Below, one piece after another: positions 42,378 to 51,764 of a stretch of 64,000 nt of DNA (the first letter of the stretch is position 1; every line of letters begins with the position of its first letter). The notes below the pieces were generated by a model, which worked only from the letters and a program-made list of their open reading frames with translations, made no database searches and was not told the DNA's origin. Position numbers and translations under genes: made by a program. Origin of the DNA: Candidatus Poribacteria bacterium (GTDB lineage Bacteria > Poribacteria > WGA-4E > PCPOR2b); NCBI GenBank assembly GCA_965215015.1, contig OZ244042.1, positions 4,896,001 through 4,960,000 on the forward strand, given 5' to 3'.

Positions 42378-42618
42378 GCGACACGCACATACGAAAGAAA
42401 AACATCCCCCCAAGCGGAAGGAAGGGATAGCAACCAGGGGAGAGGCAATCTTAATTAGGTTCGTAGTAGCGCAATTCATTGCGCGTGAGAGATGGCAACC
42501 AGGGGAGAGCCACCCTTAATTGGGTTTGTAGTAGCGCAATTCATTGCGCGTCAGGGAGGGCAACCGGTGGGAGAGGCAAGACCCTATTGTCTCATGAAAC
42601 ATTACGCCCAGCACCCCC

Positions 42619-43569
42619 TCAGTGCGGTAATAAGGTGGCTTTCATCTCCCCCCAGTACTGTGGGAGCAGCCCCGGTTGAGAAGGGACAGACAGACGTGGA
42701 TTCCATTCCCGCCCCGGAACATCCGCACCCGGATTATCGGTCAACTGTATCAGCTGCTTGTCAACCAAACCGAAACGGTAGATATTCCATACCCCATCCG
42801 TTTGACCAGAAAAGAGTATCGAATCCCCATCAGCAGAGAACATTGCAACATCAAAAGCCATCCGTGGAACCGGCACTCTCACCGTCTTGAACACCTTCTG
42901 CCGTCCTGCTGGGTGCAGTGTAGCAATCACCGGGAACGAACTGTTGACACTCCAATCAACGGCTTCCGTGTATAAAATCCGATTTCCCCCCGGTGACCAG
43001 TCTCCCAAAAACATCCCTGTATTCGGTTTCCGTTCAGAAACCTTCCACTGGCCTGTGCCATCTATACGGATAACATCAATATCTACACCTGATTCAAAGA
43101 GAATCCATTCCCCATCCGGCGACCATCTCGGTTTTGAGGCAAACGGTAAGTCTGTTATCTGCTTAACATTGCTACCATCGGCATCCATTATGAACAGATT
43201 AACCATCTGGTCTTCGTTGCGGTTGTGATTACTACGAAACACAATCTGATTTCCGTCAGGAGACCAGTCAGGATAACCATCAATTGCCGGCCGCCGGGTG
43301 AGATTGCGCTGATTGCTACCATCGGCATCCATTACATATACCTCCCAATTTCCATCGCGTTTGCTATCGAACGCAATTTGTCGTCCGTTAGGGGACCAGA
43401 CAGGGACGGCATCACTCGCTTCGTTAAAGGTCAGTCGTGTCTGGTTGGTTCCGTCCGAGTTCATGGTGTAGATCTCGGCGTTGCCATCTCGCTTGGAGTA
43501 AAACACAATTTTGCCCTGAAGGGAGCTCGTGGCAAGCCACAGACAAGCCACGAGCAAAGAAACGCGCAT
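42619..43569 (-). CDS. Secreted TolB-like (PD40) beta-propeller, copy A1
   Basis: Signal peptide; PxWSPxGxxIxF repeats; LLPQYWGEMK tail. Confidence 0.88.
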   Translation of the reverse strand: MRVSLLVACLWLATSSLQGKIVFYSKRDGNAEIYTMNSDGTNQTRLTFNEASDAVPVWSPNGRQIAFDSKRDGNWEVYVMDADGSNQRNLTRRPAIDGYPDWSPDGNQIVFRSNHNRNEDQMVNLFIMDADGSNVKQITDLPFASKPRWSPDGEWILFESGVDIDVIRIDGTGQWKVSERKPNTGMFLGDWSPGGNRILYTEAVDWSVNSSFPVIATLHPAGRQKVFKTVRVPVPRMAFDVAMFSADGDSILFSGQTDGVWNIYRFGLVDKQLIQLTDNPGADVPGREWNPRLSVPSQPGLLPQYWGEMKATLLPH

Positions 43570-43824
43570 AAGACCTCCTTTAATCTATTTCAAAGAAATT
43601 ATCCCTTAATTGGGTTCGTAGTAGTGCAATTCATTGCACGTCAGGGAGGGCAACAGGGGGGGGAGAGGCAAGGCCCTATGGCTTGTGTTGCACTCATTCT
43701 TTACATGAGCGAAAACGGTATCCCGTCCCGATGCCGTTGTTTCATGAAACATTACGGCACCGGGACGGGATATTGCTACGAGCATCATAACTGGGACCCT
43801 GTTGCATTACGGCACATCTACCCC

Positions 43825-44775
43825 TCAGTGCGGTAATAAGGCAGATTTAATCTCCCCCCAATGCTTTGGAGCCAACCCCTGCGGTGAAACCGGCAAGCGC
43901 GGATTCCATTCGTGGGGAGAACTATCTTTGGCAGGAGAATCGGTCAACTGAAGGAGTTGACGGTCTCGGAGACGGAAACGGTAGACATCCCAGTTCCCCC
44001 CTTCCTTTCTACCGGCAAAGAGGATCGACTTCCCATCGGCACCCCAATCGGCGGCAGTCGAATCCATCTTCGGTATTGGCACCGGCTCACGTTTTTCCGG
44101 CCACAACGTCGCAATAATTATGGTTGAGTTTTTCACCGAGTCGTTGATGGAAGCCTTATACAGAATCTGTGTGCCATCCGGAGACCACCCGCCCAAAAAC
44201 ATCCCTGCCTCGGGAATAGGTTTGCTCACCCGCCGCCGTTTGGTGCCGTCGGCGTTTATCACATAAATTTGCCTCCGTTGATCTATTATTCCTCCAAAGG
44301 CGATTCTCTCCCCGTTAGGAGACCACTTCGGGGCGACGGCAAACTCTAGCTGTGTAACCTGTCTCACGTTACCGCCATCGGCATCCATCACAAAAATATT
44401 GAGATCGTGAGCATCACCGCTGTCCCGATCGCTCGTGAAGGCAATCTGTGAACCATCGGGCGACCAGTCAGGCGAGCTATCAAATGCCGGGTGCTGAGTC
44501 AGGTTCGTCTGGTTACCCCCATCGGCATCCATGACATAAAGCTCCTGGTTGCCATCCCGTTCGCTGCAAAAGACGATTTGCCGCCCGTTGGGGGACCAGG
44601 CGGGCGCAAAATCACCACCCGTCTGGTTATGCGTTAATCGTGTTTCACCTTTCCCGTCAGAACGCATCATGTAGATTTCAGTACGTCCATCCCGATGCGA
44701 ATGAAACACGATTTTACCTTGGGCGTTGCTTACGCTTAGCCAGAGACTGAGGGATATCGTTAAGAAACGCATCAT
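43825..44775 (-). CDS. Secreted TolB-like beta-propeller, divergent copy B
   Basis: PAWSPNGRQIVF and PDWSPDGSQIAF repeats; HWGEIKSALLPH tail. Confidence 0.88.
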   Translation of the reverse strand: MMRFLTISLSLWLSVSNAQGKIVFHSHRDGRTEIYMMRSDGKGETRLTHNQTGGDFAPAWSPNGRQIVFCSERDGNQELYVMDADGGNQTNLTQHPAFDSSPDWSPDGSQIAFTSDRDSGDAHDLNIFVMDADGGNVRQVTQLEFAVAPKWSPNGERIAFGGIIDQRRQIYVINADGTKRRRVSKPIPEAGMFLGGWSPDGTQILYKASINDSVKNSTIIIATLWPEKREPVPIPKMDSTAADWGADGKSILFAGRKEGGNWDVYRFRLRDRQLLQLTDSPAKDSSPHEWNPRLPVSPQGLAPKHWGEIKSALLPH

Positions 44776-45183
44776 TCCTCCTCTATTGTATTCTAAATGG
44801 GTGCTCTACTTCCACTTTTAGTTGATGAAGTAAGCTTTCCGCGGAAGCTTCGCGAATCCAAAAAAGTAGGCGCATATACGAAAGAAAAACATCAACCGAT
44901 TAACAGCGCAAGAAACGATGGGTCATGTGAAAAGAAAGTGCAAAGCACGAAGAGAAGGCCCCCTTCGTACCCCCTAACCCTCCGCAAGCGATGGGAAATT
45001 TGCAAGCTTGGGGAGAGCCACCCTTAATTGGGTTCGTAGTAGCGCAATTCATTGCGCGTCAGGGAGGGCAACCGGTGGGAGAGGCAAGCCCCTATGGCTG
45101 CTGTTGCACTCATTCTTTCCATGAGCGAAAACGGTATCCCGTCCCGATGCCGTTGTCTCATGAAACATTACGGCACAGCTCCC

Positions 45184-46134
45184 TCAGTGCGGTAATAAGG
45201 GGGCTTTAATCTCCCCCCAGTACTGTGGGAGCAGCCCCTGTTGCGAAGGGACAGACAGACGGGGATTCCATTCCCGCCCCGGAACATCCGCACCCGGATT
45301 ATCGGTCAACTGTATCAGCTGCTTGTCAACCAACCCGAAACGGTAGATATTCCATACCCCATCCGTTTGACCAGAAAAGAGTATAGATTCCCCATCAGCC
45401 GAGAACATTGCGACCTTAAAAGGCCTCCGTGGAACCGGCACTCTCACCGTCTTGAACACCTTCTGCCGGCCTGCTGGGTGCAGTGTAGCCATCACCGGGA
45501 ACGAACTGTTGACACTCCAATCAACGGCTTCCGTATATAAAATCCGATTTCCACCCGGTGACCAGTCTCCCAAAAACATCCCTGTATTCGGTTTCCGTTC
45601 AGAAACCTTCCACTGTCCTGTGCCATCTATACGGATAACATCAACATCTACCCCTGATTCAAAGAGAATCCATTCCCCATCCGGCGACCATCTCGGTTTT
45701 GAGGCAAACGGTAAGTGGGTTATCTGCTTAACATTGCTACCATTGGCATCCATTATGAAAAGATTAATCATCTGGTCTTCGTTACCGTTGTGATTGCTAT
45801 CAAACACAATCTGATTTCCGTCAGGAGACCAGTCAGGATAAACATCAATTGCCGGCCGACGGGTGAGATTGCGCTGATTGCCACCATCGGCATCCATTAC
45901 ATATACCTCAGCGTTCCCATCTCGATAACTATGGAACGCAATCTGGCGACCGTTAGGGGACCAAACGGGGGTGGAATCCCTCGCCTCGTTAAAGGTCAGT
46001 CGTGTCTGGTTGGTTCCGTCCGAGTTCATGGTGTAGATCTCGGCGTTGCCATCTCGCTTGGAGTAAAACACAATTTTGCCCCAAAGGGGGCTCGTGACCA
46101 GCCAAAGGCTCGCCACGAGCAAAGAAAGGCGCAT
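45184..46134 (-). CDS. Secreted TolB-like beta-propeller, copy A2
   Basis: 316 aa, near-identical to A1/A3/A4/A5. Confidence 0.88.
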   Translation of the reverse strand: MRLSLLVASLWLVTSPLWGKIVFYSKRDGNAEIYTMNSDGTNQTRLTFNEARDSTPVWSPNGRQIAFHSYRDGNAEVYVMDADGGNQRNLTRRPAIDVYPDWSPDGNQIVFDSNHNGNEDQMINLFIMDANGSNVKQITHLPFASKPRWSPDGEWILFESGVDVDVIRIDGTGQWKVSERKPNTGMFLGDWSPGGNRILYTEAVDWSVNSSFPVMATLHPAGRQKVFKTVRVPVPRRPFKVAMFSADGESILFSGQTDGVWNIYRFGLVDKQLIQLTDNPGADVPGREWNPRLSVPSQQGLLPQYWGEIKAPLLPH

Positions 46135-46332
46135 AAAACCTCCTTCAGTCTATTTCAAAGAAATTATCCATTAATTGGGTGCGTAGTAGCGCGATTCATT
46201 GCGCGTCAGGGAGGGCAACCGGTGGGAGAGGCAAGCCCCTATGGCTGCTGTTGCACTCATTCTTTCCATGAGCGAAAACGGTATCCCGGCCCGATGCCGT
46301 TGTCTCATGAAACATTACGGCCCAGTGCCCCC

Positions 46333-47283
46333 TCAGTGCGGTAATAAGGGGGCTTTCATCTCCCCCCAGTACTGTGGGAGCAGCCCCTGTTGAGAAGGGA
46401 CAGACAGACGTGGATTCCATTCATGGGGACCGGCATCCGCCCCCGGATTATCGGTCAACTGTATCAGCTGCTTGTCAACCAACCCGAAACGGTAGATATT
46501 CCATACCCCATCCGTTTGACCAGAAAAGAGTATCGAATCCCCATCAGCCGAGAACATTGCGACCTTAAAAGGCCTCCGTGGAACCGGCACTCTCACCGTC
46601 TTGAACACCTTCTGCCGGCCTGCTGGGTGCAGTGTAGCAATCACCGGGAACGAACTGTTGACATGCCAATCAACGGCTTCCGTGTATAAAATCCGATTTC
46701 CCCCCGGCGACCAGTCTCCCAAAAACATCCCTGTATTCGGTTTTCGTTCAGAAACCTTCCACTGGCCTGTGCCGTCTATACGGATAACATCAATATCTAC
46801 CCCTGATTCAAAGAGAATCCACTCCCCATCCGGCGACCATCTCGGTTTTGAAGCGAACGGTAAGTCTGTTATCTGCTTAACATTGCTACCATCGGCATCC
46901 ATTATGAAAAGATTAAGCATCTGGTCTTCGTTGCGGTTGTGATTGCTATCAAATACAATCTGATTTCCGTCAGGAGACCAGTCAGGATAAACATCAATTG
47001 CCGGCCGCCGGGTGAGATTGCGCTGATTGCCACCATCGGCATCCATTACATATACCTCAGCGTTCCCATCTCGATAACTATGGAACGCAATCTGTCGTCC
47101 GTTAGGGGACCAAACAGGGGTGGAATCCCTCGCCTCGTTAAAGGTCAGTCGTGTCTGGTTGGTTCCGTCCGAGTTCATGGTGTAGATCTCGGCGTTGCCA
47201 TCTCGCTTGGAGTAAAACACAATTTTGCCCCAAAGGGGGCTCGTGGCAAGCCACAGACAAGCCACGAGCAAGGAAAGGCGCAT
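46333..47283 (-). CDS. Secreted TolB-like beta-propeller, copy A3
   Basis: 316 aa, near-identical to the other A copies. Confidence 0.88.
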   Translation of the reverse strand: MRLSLLVACLWLATSPLWGKIVFYSKRDGNAEIYTMNSDGTNQTRLTFNEARDSTPVWSPNGRQIAFHSYRDGNAEVYVMDADGGNQRNLTRRPAIDVYPDWSPDGNQIVFDSNHNRNEDQMLNLFIMDADGSNVKQITDLPFASKPRWSPDGEWILFESGVDIDVIRIDGTGQWKVSERKPNTGMFLGDWSPGGNRILYTEAVDWHVNSSFPVIATLHPAGRQKVFKTVRVPVPRRPFKVAMFSADGDSILFSGQTDGVWNIYRFGLVDKQLIQLTDNPGADAGPHEWNPRLSVPSQQGLLPQYWGEMKAPLLPH

Positions 47284-47324
47284 AAGACCTCCTTTAGTCT
47301 ATTTCAAAGAAATTATCCATTTCA

Positions 47325-47383
47325 AAGGAATTATCCCTAGTATTCATTCTGACCTCAGGGACAGGATCCTCGGCGATACCGAT
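47325..47383 (-). pseudogene. Duplicate of the 3' end of the secreted-protein gene 50870-51373
   Basis: Matches 50882-50941 (ATTATCCCTAGTATTCATTCTGACCTCAGGGACAGGATCCTCGGCGATACCGAT). Confidence 0.85.
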
Positions 47384-47387
47384 AAGG

Positions 47388-47482
47388 GGCTTCATGCTCC
47401 GGCAAAGTGCGTACTCAGAATACTATTTTTGCGATACCTATTGGCCCTGCTTCAGAAAGATTGACTTCCTCCGAGCAATCCG
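47388..47482 (+). pseudogene. Displaced fragment of the uppS 3' end
   Basis: Aligns to 42246-42340 with 13 mismatches in 95 nt; translates [31 protein letters not shown]. Confidence 0.9.
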
Positions 47483-47528
47483 TCGGCGTGGAGTTATCCC
47501 ACCTTTATAGGCAGAGTGCGTAGCGTCC

Positions 47529-48509
47529 TTAGGGTCGCAATACTTCAGATCTAATCTCCCCCCAGAACAGAGAGAGTGACTGCCGGGGCCTGACAGACAA
47601 TCGAGGATTCCATTCATGGGGACCGGCATCCGGCCCCGGATTATCGGTCAACTGTATCAATTTCCGGTCGGTCAGATGAAAACGATAGATATTCGAGTCG
47701 TTATTTCTCTTCCCCGAAAAAAGGATGGACTTCCCATCCCCAGCGAAGGTAGTAGTTTGGAATGGCAGCCGTGGCACCGGCACCCGGTACCATCGTTTCA
47801 CCTTCCTTCGGCCGACTAAGTTCAACGTGGCAATGACCGCAAAGGAATTCTTAAGGTTGGAGTCAACCGTCTCCTTATACAGGATCCGTTTCCCATCGGG
47901 AGACCACCCGCCCAAATGCATCCGCGTGTAAGGTCGCGGTTTTGACACCTTGAAACGACCGGTGCCATTGGCGTTGATGACAAAAATCTCCCGGCCATTC
48001 CCTATAACCCCTTCAAAAGCCATCCGTTTCCCATCCGGCGACCATTTGGGTGTTGAAGCAAATTCTAAGTCTGTAATCTGCTTGATGTTGCTCCCATCGG
48101 CGTCCATCACGAAAATGTTGAAATTTTCGTTCCGAGTGCTAGTAAACGCAATCTGTGAACTGTTGGGATGCCAATCTGCATAATTATCCAGGCCGGGATA
48201 ATGGGTCAACCTCCGTTGGTTTCCCCCATCCGCGTCCATCACATAAATCTCCGCGTTTGACTCCCCTCCATGCTTATGCGGGTCCTTATGATCATCGCGG
48301 AAGCTATGGAACGCAATCTGTCGTCCGTTGGGGGACCAGACAGGGGCAACATCTGTGGCTTCGTTAAACGTAAGTCGCACCTGACCGTTACCACTGGAAT
48401 CCATCATGTAGATTTCGTAATTTCCAGCCTGCTTGGAATAAAACACAATTTTGCCCCAAAGGGGGCCCGTGGCAAGCCACAGACAAGCCACGAGCAAGGA
48501 AAGGCGCAT
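47529..48509 (-). CDS. Secreted TolB-like beta-propeller, divergent copy C
   Basis: A-type signal peptide with divergent core; FWGEIR tail. Confidence 0.88.
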   Translation of the reverse strand: MRLSLLVACLWLATGPLWGKIVFYSKQAGNYEIYMMDSSGNGQVRLTFNEATDVAPVWSPNGRQIAFHSFRDDHKDPHKHGGESNAEIYVMDADGGNQRRLTHYPGLDNYADWHPNSSQIAFTSTRNENFNIFVMDADGSNIKQITDLEFASTPKWSPDGKRMAFEGVIGNGREIFVINANGTGRFKVSKPRPYTRMHLGGWSPDGKRILYKETVDSNLKNSFAVIATLNLVGRRKVKRWYRVPVPRLPFQTTTFAGDGKSILFSGKRNNDSNIYRFHLTDRKLIQLTDNPGPDAGPHEWNPRLSVRPRQSLSLFWGEIRSEVLRP

Positions 48510-48705
48510 AAGACCTCCTTTAGTCTATGTGAAAGAAATTATCCATTAATTGGGTGCGTAGTAGCGCAATTCATTGCGCGTCAGGGAGGGCAACCGGGGG
48601 GAGAGGCAAGCCCCTATGGCTGCTGTCGCACTCATTCTTTCCATGAGCGAAAGCGGTATCCCGGCCCGATGCTGTTGTCTCATGAAACATTACGGCACAG
48701 CTCCC

Positions 48706-49656
48706 TCAGTGCGGTAATAAGGGGGCTTTAATCTCCCCCCAGTACTGTGGGAGCAGCCCCTGTTGCGAAGGGACAGACAGACGGGGATTCCATTCCCGTC
48801 CCGGAACATCCGCCCCCGGATTATCGGTCAACTGTATCAGCTGCTTGTCAACCAACCCGAAACGGTAGATATTCCATACCCCATCCGTTTGACCAGAAAA
48901 GAGTATCGAATCCCCATCAGCAGAGAACATTGCAACATCAAAAGTCATCCGTGGAACCGGCACTCTCACCGTCTTGAATACCTTCTGCCGGCCTGCTGGG
49001 TGCAGTGTAGCAATGACCGGGAACGAACTGTTGACATGCCAATCAACGGCTTCCGTGTATAAAATCCGATTTCCACCCGGTGACCAGTCTCCGAGAAACA
49101 TCCCTGTATTCGGTTTCCGTTCAGAAACCTTCCACTGCCCTGTGCCATCTATACGGATAACATCAATATCTATCCCTGATTCAAAGAGAATCCACTCCCC
49201 ATCCGGCGACCATCTCGGTTTTGAGGCAAAGGGTAAGTGGGTTATCTGCTTAACATTGCTACCATCGGCATCCATTATGAAAAGATTAATCATCTGGTCT
49301 TCGTTACGGTTGTGATTGCTATCAAACACAATCTGATTTCCGTCAGGAGACCAGTCAGGATAACCATCAATTGCCGGCCGCCGGGTGAGATTGCGTTGAT
49401 TGCCACCATCGGCATCCATTACATATACCTCAGCGTTCCCATCTCGATAACTATGGAACGCAATCTGGCGACCGTTAGGGGACCAAACGGGGGTGGAATC
49501 CCTCGCCTCGTTAAAGGTCAGTCGTGTCTGGTTGGTTCCGTCCGAGTTCATGGTGTAGATCTCGGCGTTGCCATCTCGCTTGGAGTAAAACACAATTTTG
49601 CCCCAAAGGGGGCTCGTGGCAAGCCACAGACAAGCCACGAGCAAGGAAAGGCGCAT
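48706..49656 (-). CDS. Secreted TolB-like beta-propeller, copy A4
   Basis: 316 aa, near-identical to the other A copies. Confidence 0.88.
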   Translation of the reverse strand: MRLSLLVACLWLATSPLWGKIVFYSKRDGNAEIYTMNSDGTNQTRLTFNEARDSTPVWSPNGRQIAFHSYRDGNAEVYVMDADGGNQRNLTRRPAIDGYPDWSPDGNQIVFDSNHNRNEDQMINLFIMDADGSNVKQITHLPFASKPRWSPDGEWILFESGIDIDVIRIDGTGQWKVSERKPNTGMFLGDWSPGGNRILYTEAVDWHVNSSFPVIATLHPAGRQKVFKTVRVPVPRMTFDVAMFSADGDSILFSGQTDGVWNIYRFGLVDKQLIQLTDNPGADVPGREWNPRLSVPSQQGLLPQYWGEIKAPLLPH

Positions 49657-49908
49657 AAGACCTCCTTTAATCTATGTGAAAGAGATTATCCATTAATTGG
49701 GTTCGTAGTAGCGCAATTCATTGCGCGTCAGGGAGGGCAACCGGGGGGAGAGGCAGTCCCCTATGGCTTCTATTGCACTCATTCTTTACATGAGCGAAAA
49801 CGGCATCCCGTCCCGATGCCGTTGTTCCATGAAACATTACGGCACCGGGACATGATGCTGCTACGAGCCTCATAACTGGGCCCGGTTGCATTACGGCCCA
49901 GCGACCCC

Positions 49909-50859
49909 TCAGTGCGGTAATAAGGGGGCTTTCATCTCCCCCCAGTACTGTGGGAGCAGTCCCTGTTGAGGGGGGACGGACAGACGGGGATTCCATTCCC
50001 GCCCCGGAACATCCGCCCCCGGATTATCGGTCAACTGTATCAGCTGCTTGTCGACCAACCCGAAACGGTAGATATTCCATACCCCATCCGTTTGACCAGA
50101 AAAGAGTATCGAATCCCCATCAGCAGAGAACATTGCAACATCAAAAGCCATCCGTGGAACCGGCACTCTCACCGTCTTGAACACCTTCTGCCGGCCTGCT
50201 GGGTGCAGTGTAGCAATCACCGGGAACGAACTGTTGACACTCCAATCAACGGCTTCCGTATATAAAATCTGATTTCCACCCGGTGACCAGTCTCCCAGAA
50301 ACATCCCTGTATTCGGTTTCCGTTCAGAAACCTTCCACTGTCCTGTGCCATCTATGCGGATAACATCAATATCTACCCCTGATTCAAAGAGAATCCACTC
50401 CCCATCCGGCGACCATCTCGGTTTTGAGGCAAAGGGTAAGTCTGTTATCTGCTTAACATTGCTACCATCGGCATCCATTATGAACAGATTAACCATCTGG
50501 TCTTCGTTACGGTTGTGATTGCTATCAAACACAATCTGATTTCCGTCAGGAGACCAGTCAGGATAACCATCAATTGCCGGCCGACGGGTGAGATTGCGCT
50601 GATTGCTACCATCGGCATCCATTACATATACCTCCCAATTTCCATCGCGTTTGCTATCGAACGCAATTTGTCGTCCGTTAGGGGACCAAACAGGGGCGGC
50701 ATCACTCGCTTCGTTAAAGGTCAGTCGTGTCTGGTTGGTTCCGTCGGAGTTCATGGTGTAGATCTCGGCGTTGCCATCTCGCTTGGAGTAAAACACAATT
50801 TTGCCCCAAAGGGGGCTCGTGGCAAGCCACAGACAAGCCACGAGCAAAGAAAGGCGCAT
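49909..50859 (-). CDS. Secreted TolB-like beta-propeller, copy A5 (promoter-proximal)
   Basis: 316 aa; AAGGAGG RBS 10 nt after the upstream gene's stop. Confidence 0.88.
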   Translation of the reverse strand: MRLSLLVACLWLATSPLWGKIVFYSKRDGNAEIYTMNSDGTNQTRLTFNEASDAAPVWSPNGRQIAFDSKRDGNWEVYVMDADGSNQRNLTRRPAIDGYPDWSPDGNQIVFDSNHNRNEDQMVNLFIMDADGSNVKQITDLPFASKPRWSPDGEWILFESGVDIDVIRIDGTGQWKVSERKPNTGMFLGDWSPGGNQILYTEAVDWSVNSSFPVIATLHPAGRQKVFKTVRVPVPRMAFDVAMFSADGDSILFSGQTDGVWNIYRFGLVDKQLIQLTDNPGADVPGREWNPRLSVPPQQGLLPQYWGEMKAPLLPH

Positions 50860-50869
50860 AGGACCTCCT

Positions 50870-51373
50870 TTAGTTTATGCGAAAGAAATTATCCCTAGTA
50901 TTCATTCTGACCTCAGGGACAGGATCCTCGGCGATACCGATGAGATTGATTCGGGTGTAAGCATCAATATAAAAACGACCCCTTGGCAGTTCTCTAATAT
51001 CAGCTTCATGTGTTTTCTCTATGAAGGCACTCGAGTCATTATTTATACCCCACTCAGGGACTGTGACTATTTCGGTAGTGCCTTCAGGCGGTTTTTTCTT
51101 CACAATCATTTCTTCACTCGGCTGAAGTCGCATCACTCGATGAGTAAACTCGTAAGTTAGGTCAACTGCCTCATCGCTATCATTTTCGACGAAAAACTGG
51201 TGATAGCTATAGGTATGGGTCGCAGATTTATAGAGGTTACTGACGGTTACATCCCAGTATACCTCTTCGTTGTACCCATCAGTTGTTTCCAAGGCATAAA
51301 CCCCTACCACGGAAATCAATAGAACCGTCATAGCGATAAAAAGCGTTGATTTGCATCTTTGTGAAGTCAACAT
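50870..51373 (-). CDS. Small secreted hypothetical protein (about 167 aa, beta-rich)
   Basis: GAGGAGG RBS before ATG 51373; signal peptide LFIAMTVLLISVVGVYA. Confidence 0.75.
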   Translation of the reverse strand: MLTSQRCKSTLFIAMTVLLISVVGVYALETTDGYNEEVYWDVTVSNLYKSATHTYSYHQFFVENDSDEAVDLTYEFTHRVMRLQPSEEMIVKKKPPEGTTEIVTVPEWGINNDSSAFIEKTHEADIRELPRGRFYIDAYTRINLIGIAEDPVPEVRMNTRDNFFRIN

Positions 51374-51524
51374 GAGAACTCCTCCTCTGATTGGTAAGGA
51401 ATGCTTTGGCATCCCATTGGGTGAGAACCGTCAACTCTGAGTTGATTCACATATCCGATGAATATGTGGTTCTCTTTTTCACCAAGTATTCACGGTGTTG
51501 CCAACTTGGTTTCACCCTTTACGA

Positions 51525-51541
51525 AGCAAGACCCATGCCAA
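51525..51541 (-). promoter_or_regulatory. sigma54 (-24/-12) promoter
   Basis: Minus strand TTGGCATGGGTCTTGCT with canonical GG-N10-GC spacing, downstream of a bEBP gene. Confidence 0.8.
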
Positions 51542-51619
51542 CATCCTAAATTATGCCCCCGCTTCAGACATGATGCGGGTTTGAGAGGAGGCCTGCCACC
51601 GGCTCTCGTGTGGCAAAAC

Positions 51620-51717
51620 GGGCGGAAAATCGCACACAAAATTGCACATCATCCTACATCACCCTAACTATAGACTAAAGATAATGGGTGTGCGGTTGAT
51701 GTGCGAAAAATCGCACA
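51620..51717. promoter_or_regulatory. Candidate upstream activator sequences for the bEBP
   Basis: Palindrome TGTGCGA-AAAA-TCGCACA at 51700-51717 plus related half-sites AAATCGCACA and AATTGCACA at about 51627-51648. Confidence 0.6.
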
Positions 51718-51764
51718 CTTCGGATGCTGCTAGTCAAAGCTATAATAAAACTATCCTGTTTCTG

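Noticed and set aside
43570-49908. Integron cassette array with attC sites
   Set aside because: No tyrosine integrase in the window, I could not identify RYYYAAC/GTTRRRY core pairs, and the cassettes are paralogues rather than diverse genes.
42619-50859. Diversity-generating retroelement acting on the propeller genes
   Set aside because: No RT or Avd nearby, no non-coding template repeat, and differences are block-wise across the whole gene rather than adenine-specific at the 3' end.
42619-50859. Calling these genes tolB
   Set aside because: They lack the TolB N-terminal domain and there is no tolQRA/pal context; only the PD40 propeller is shared.
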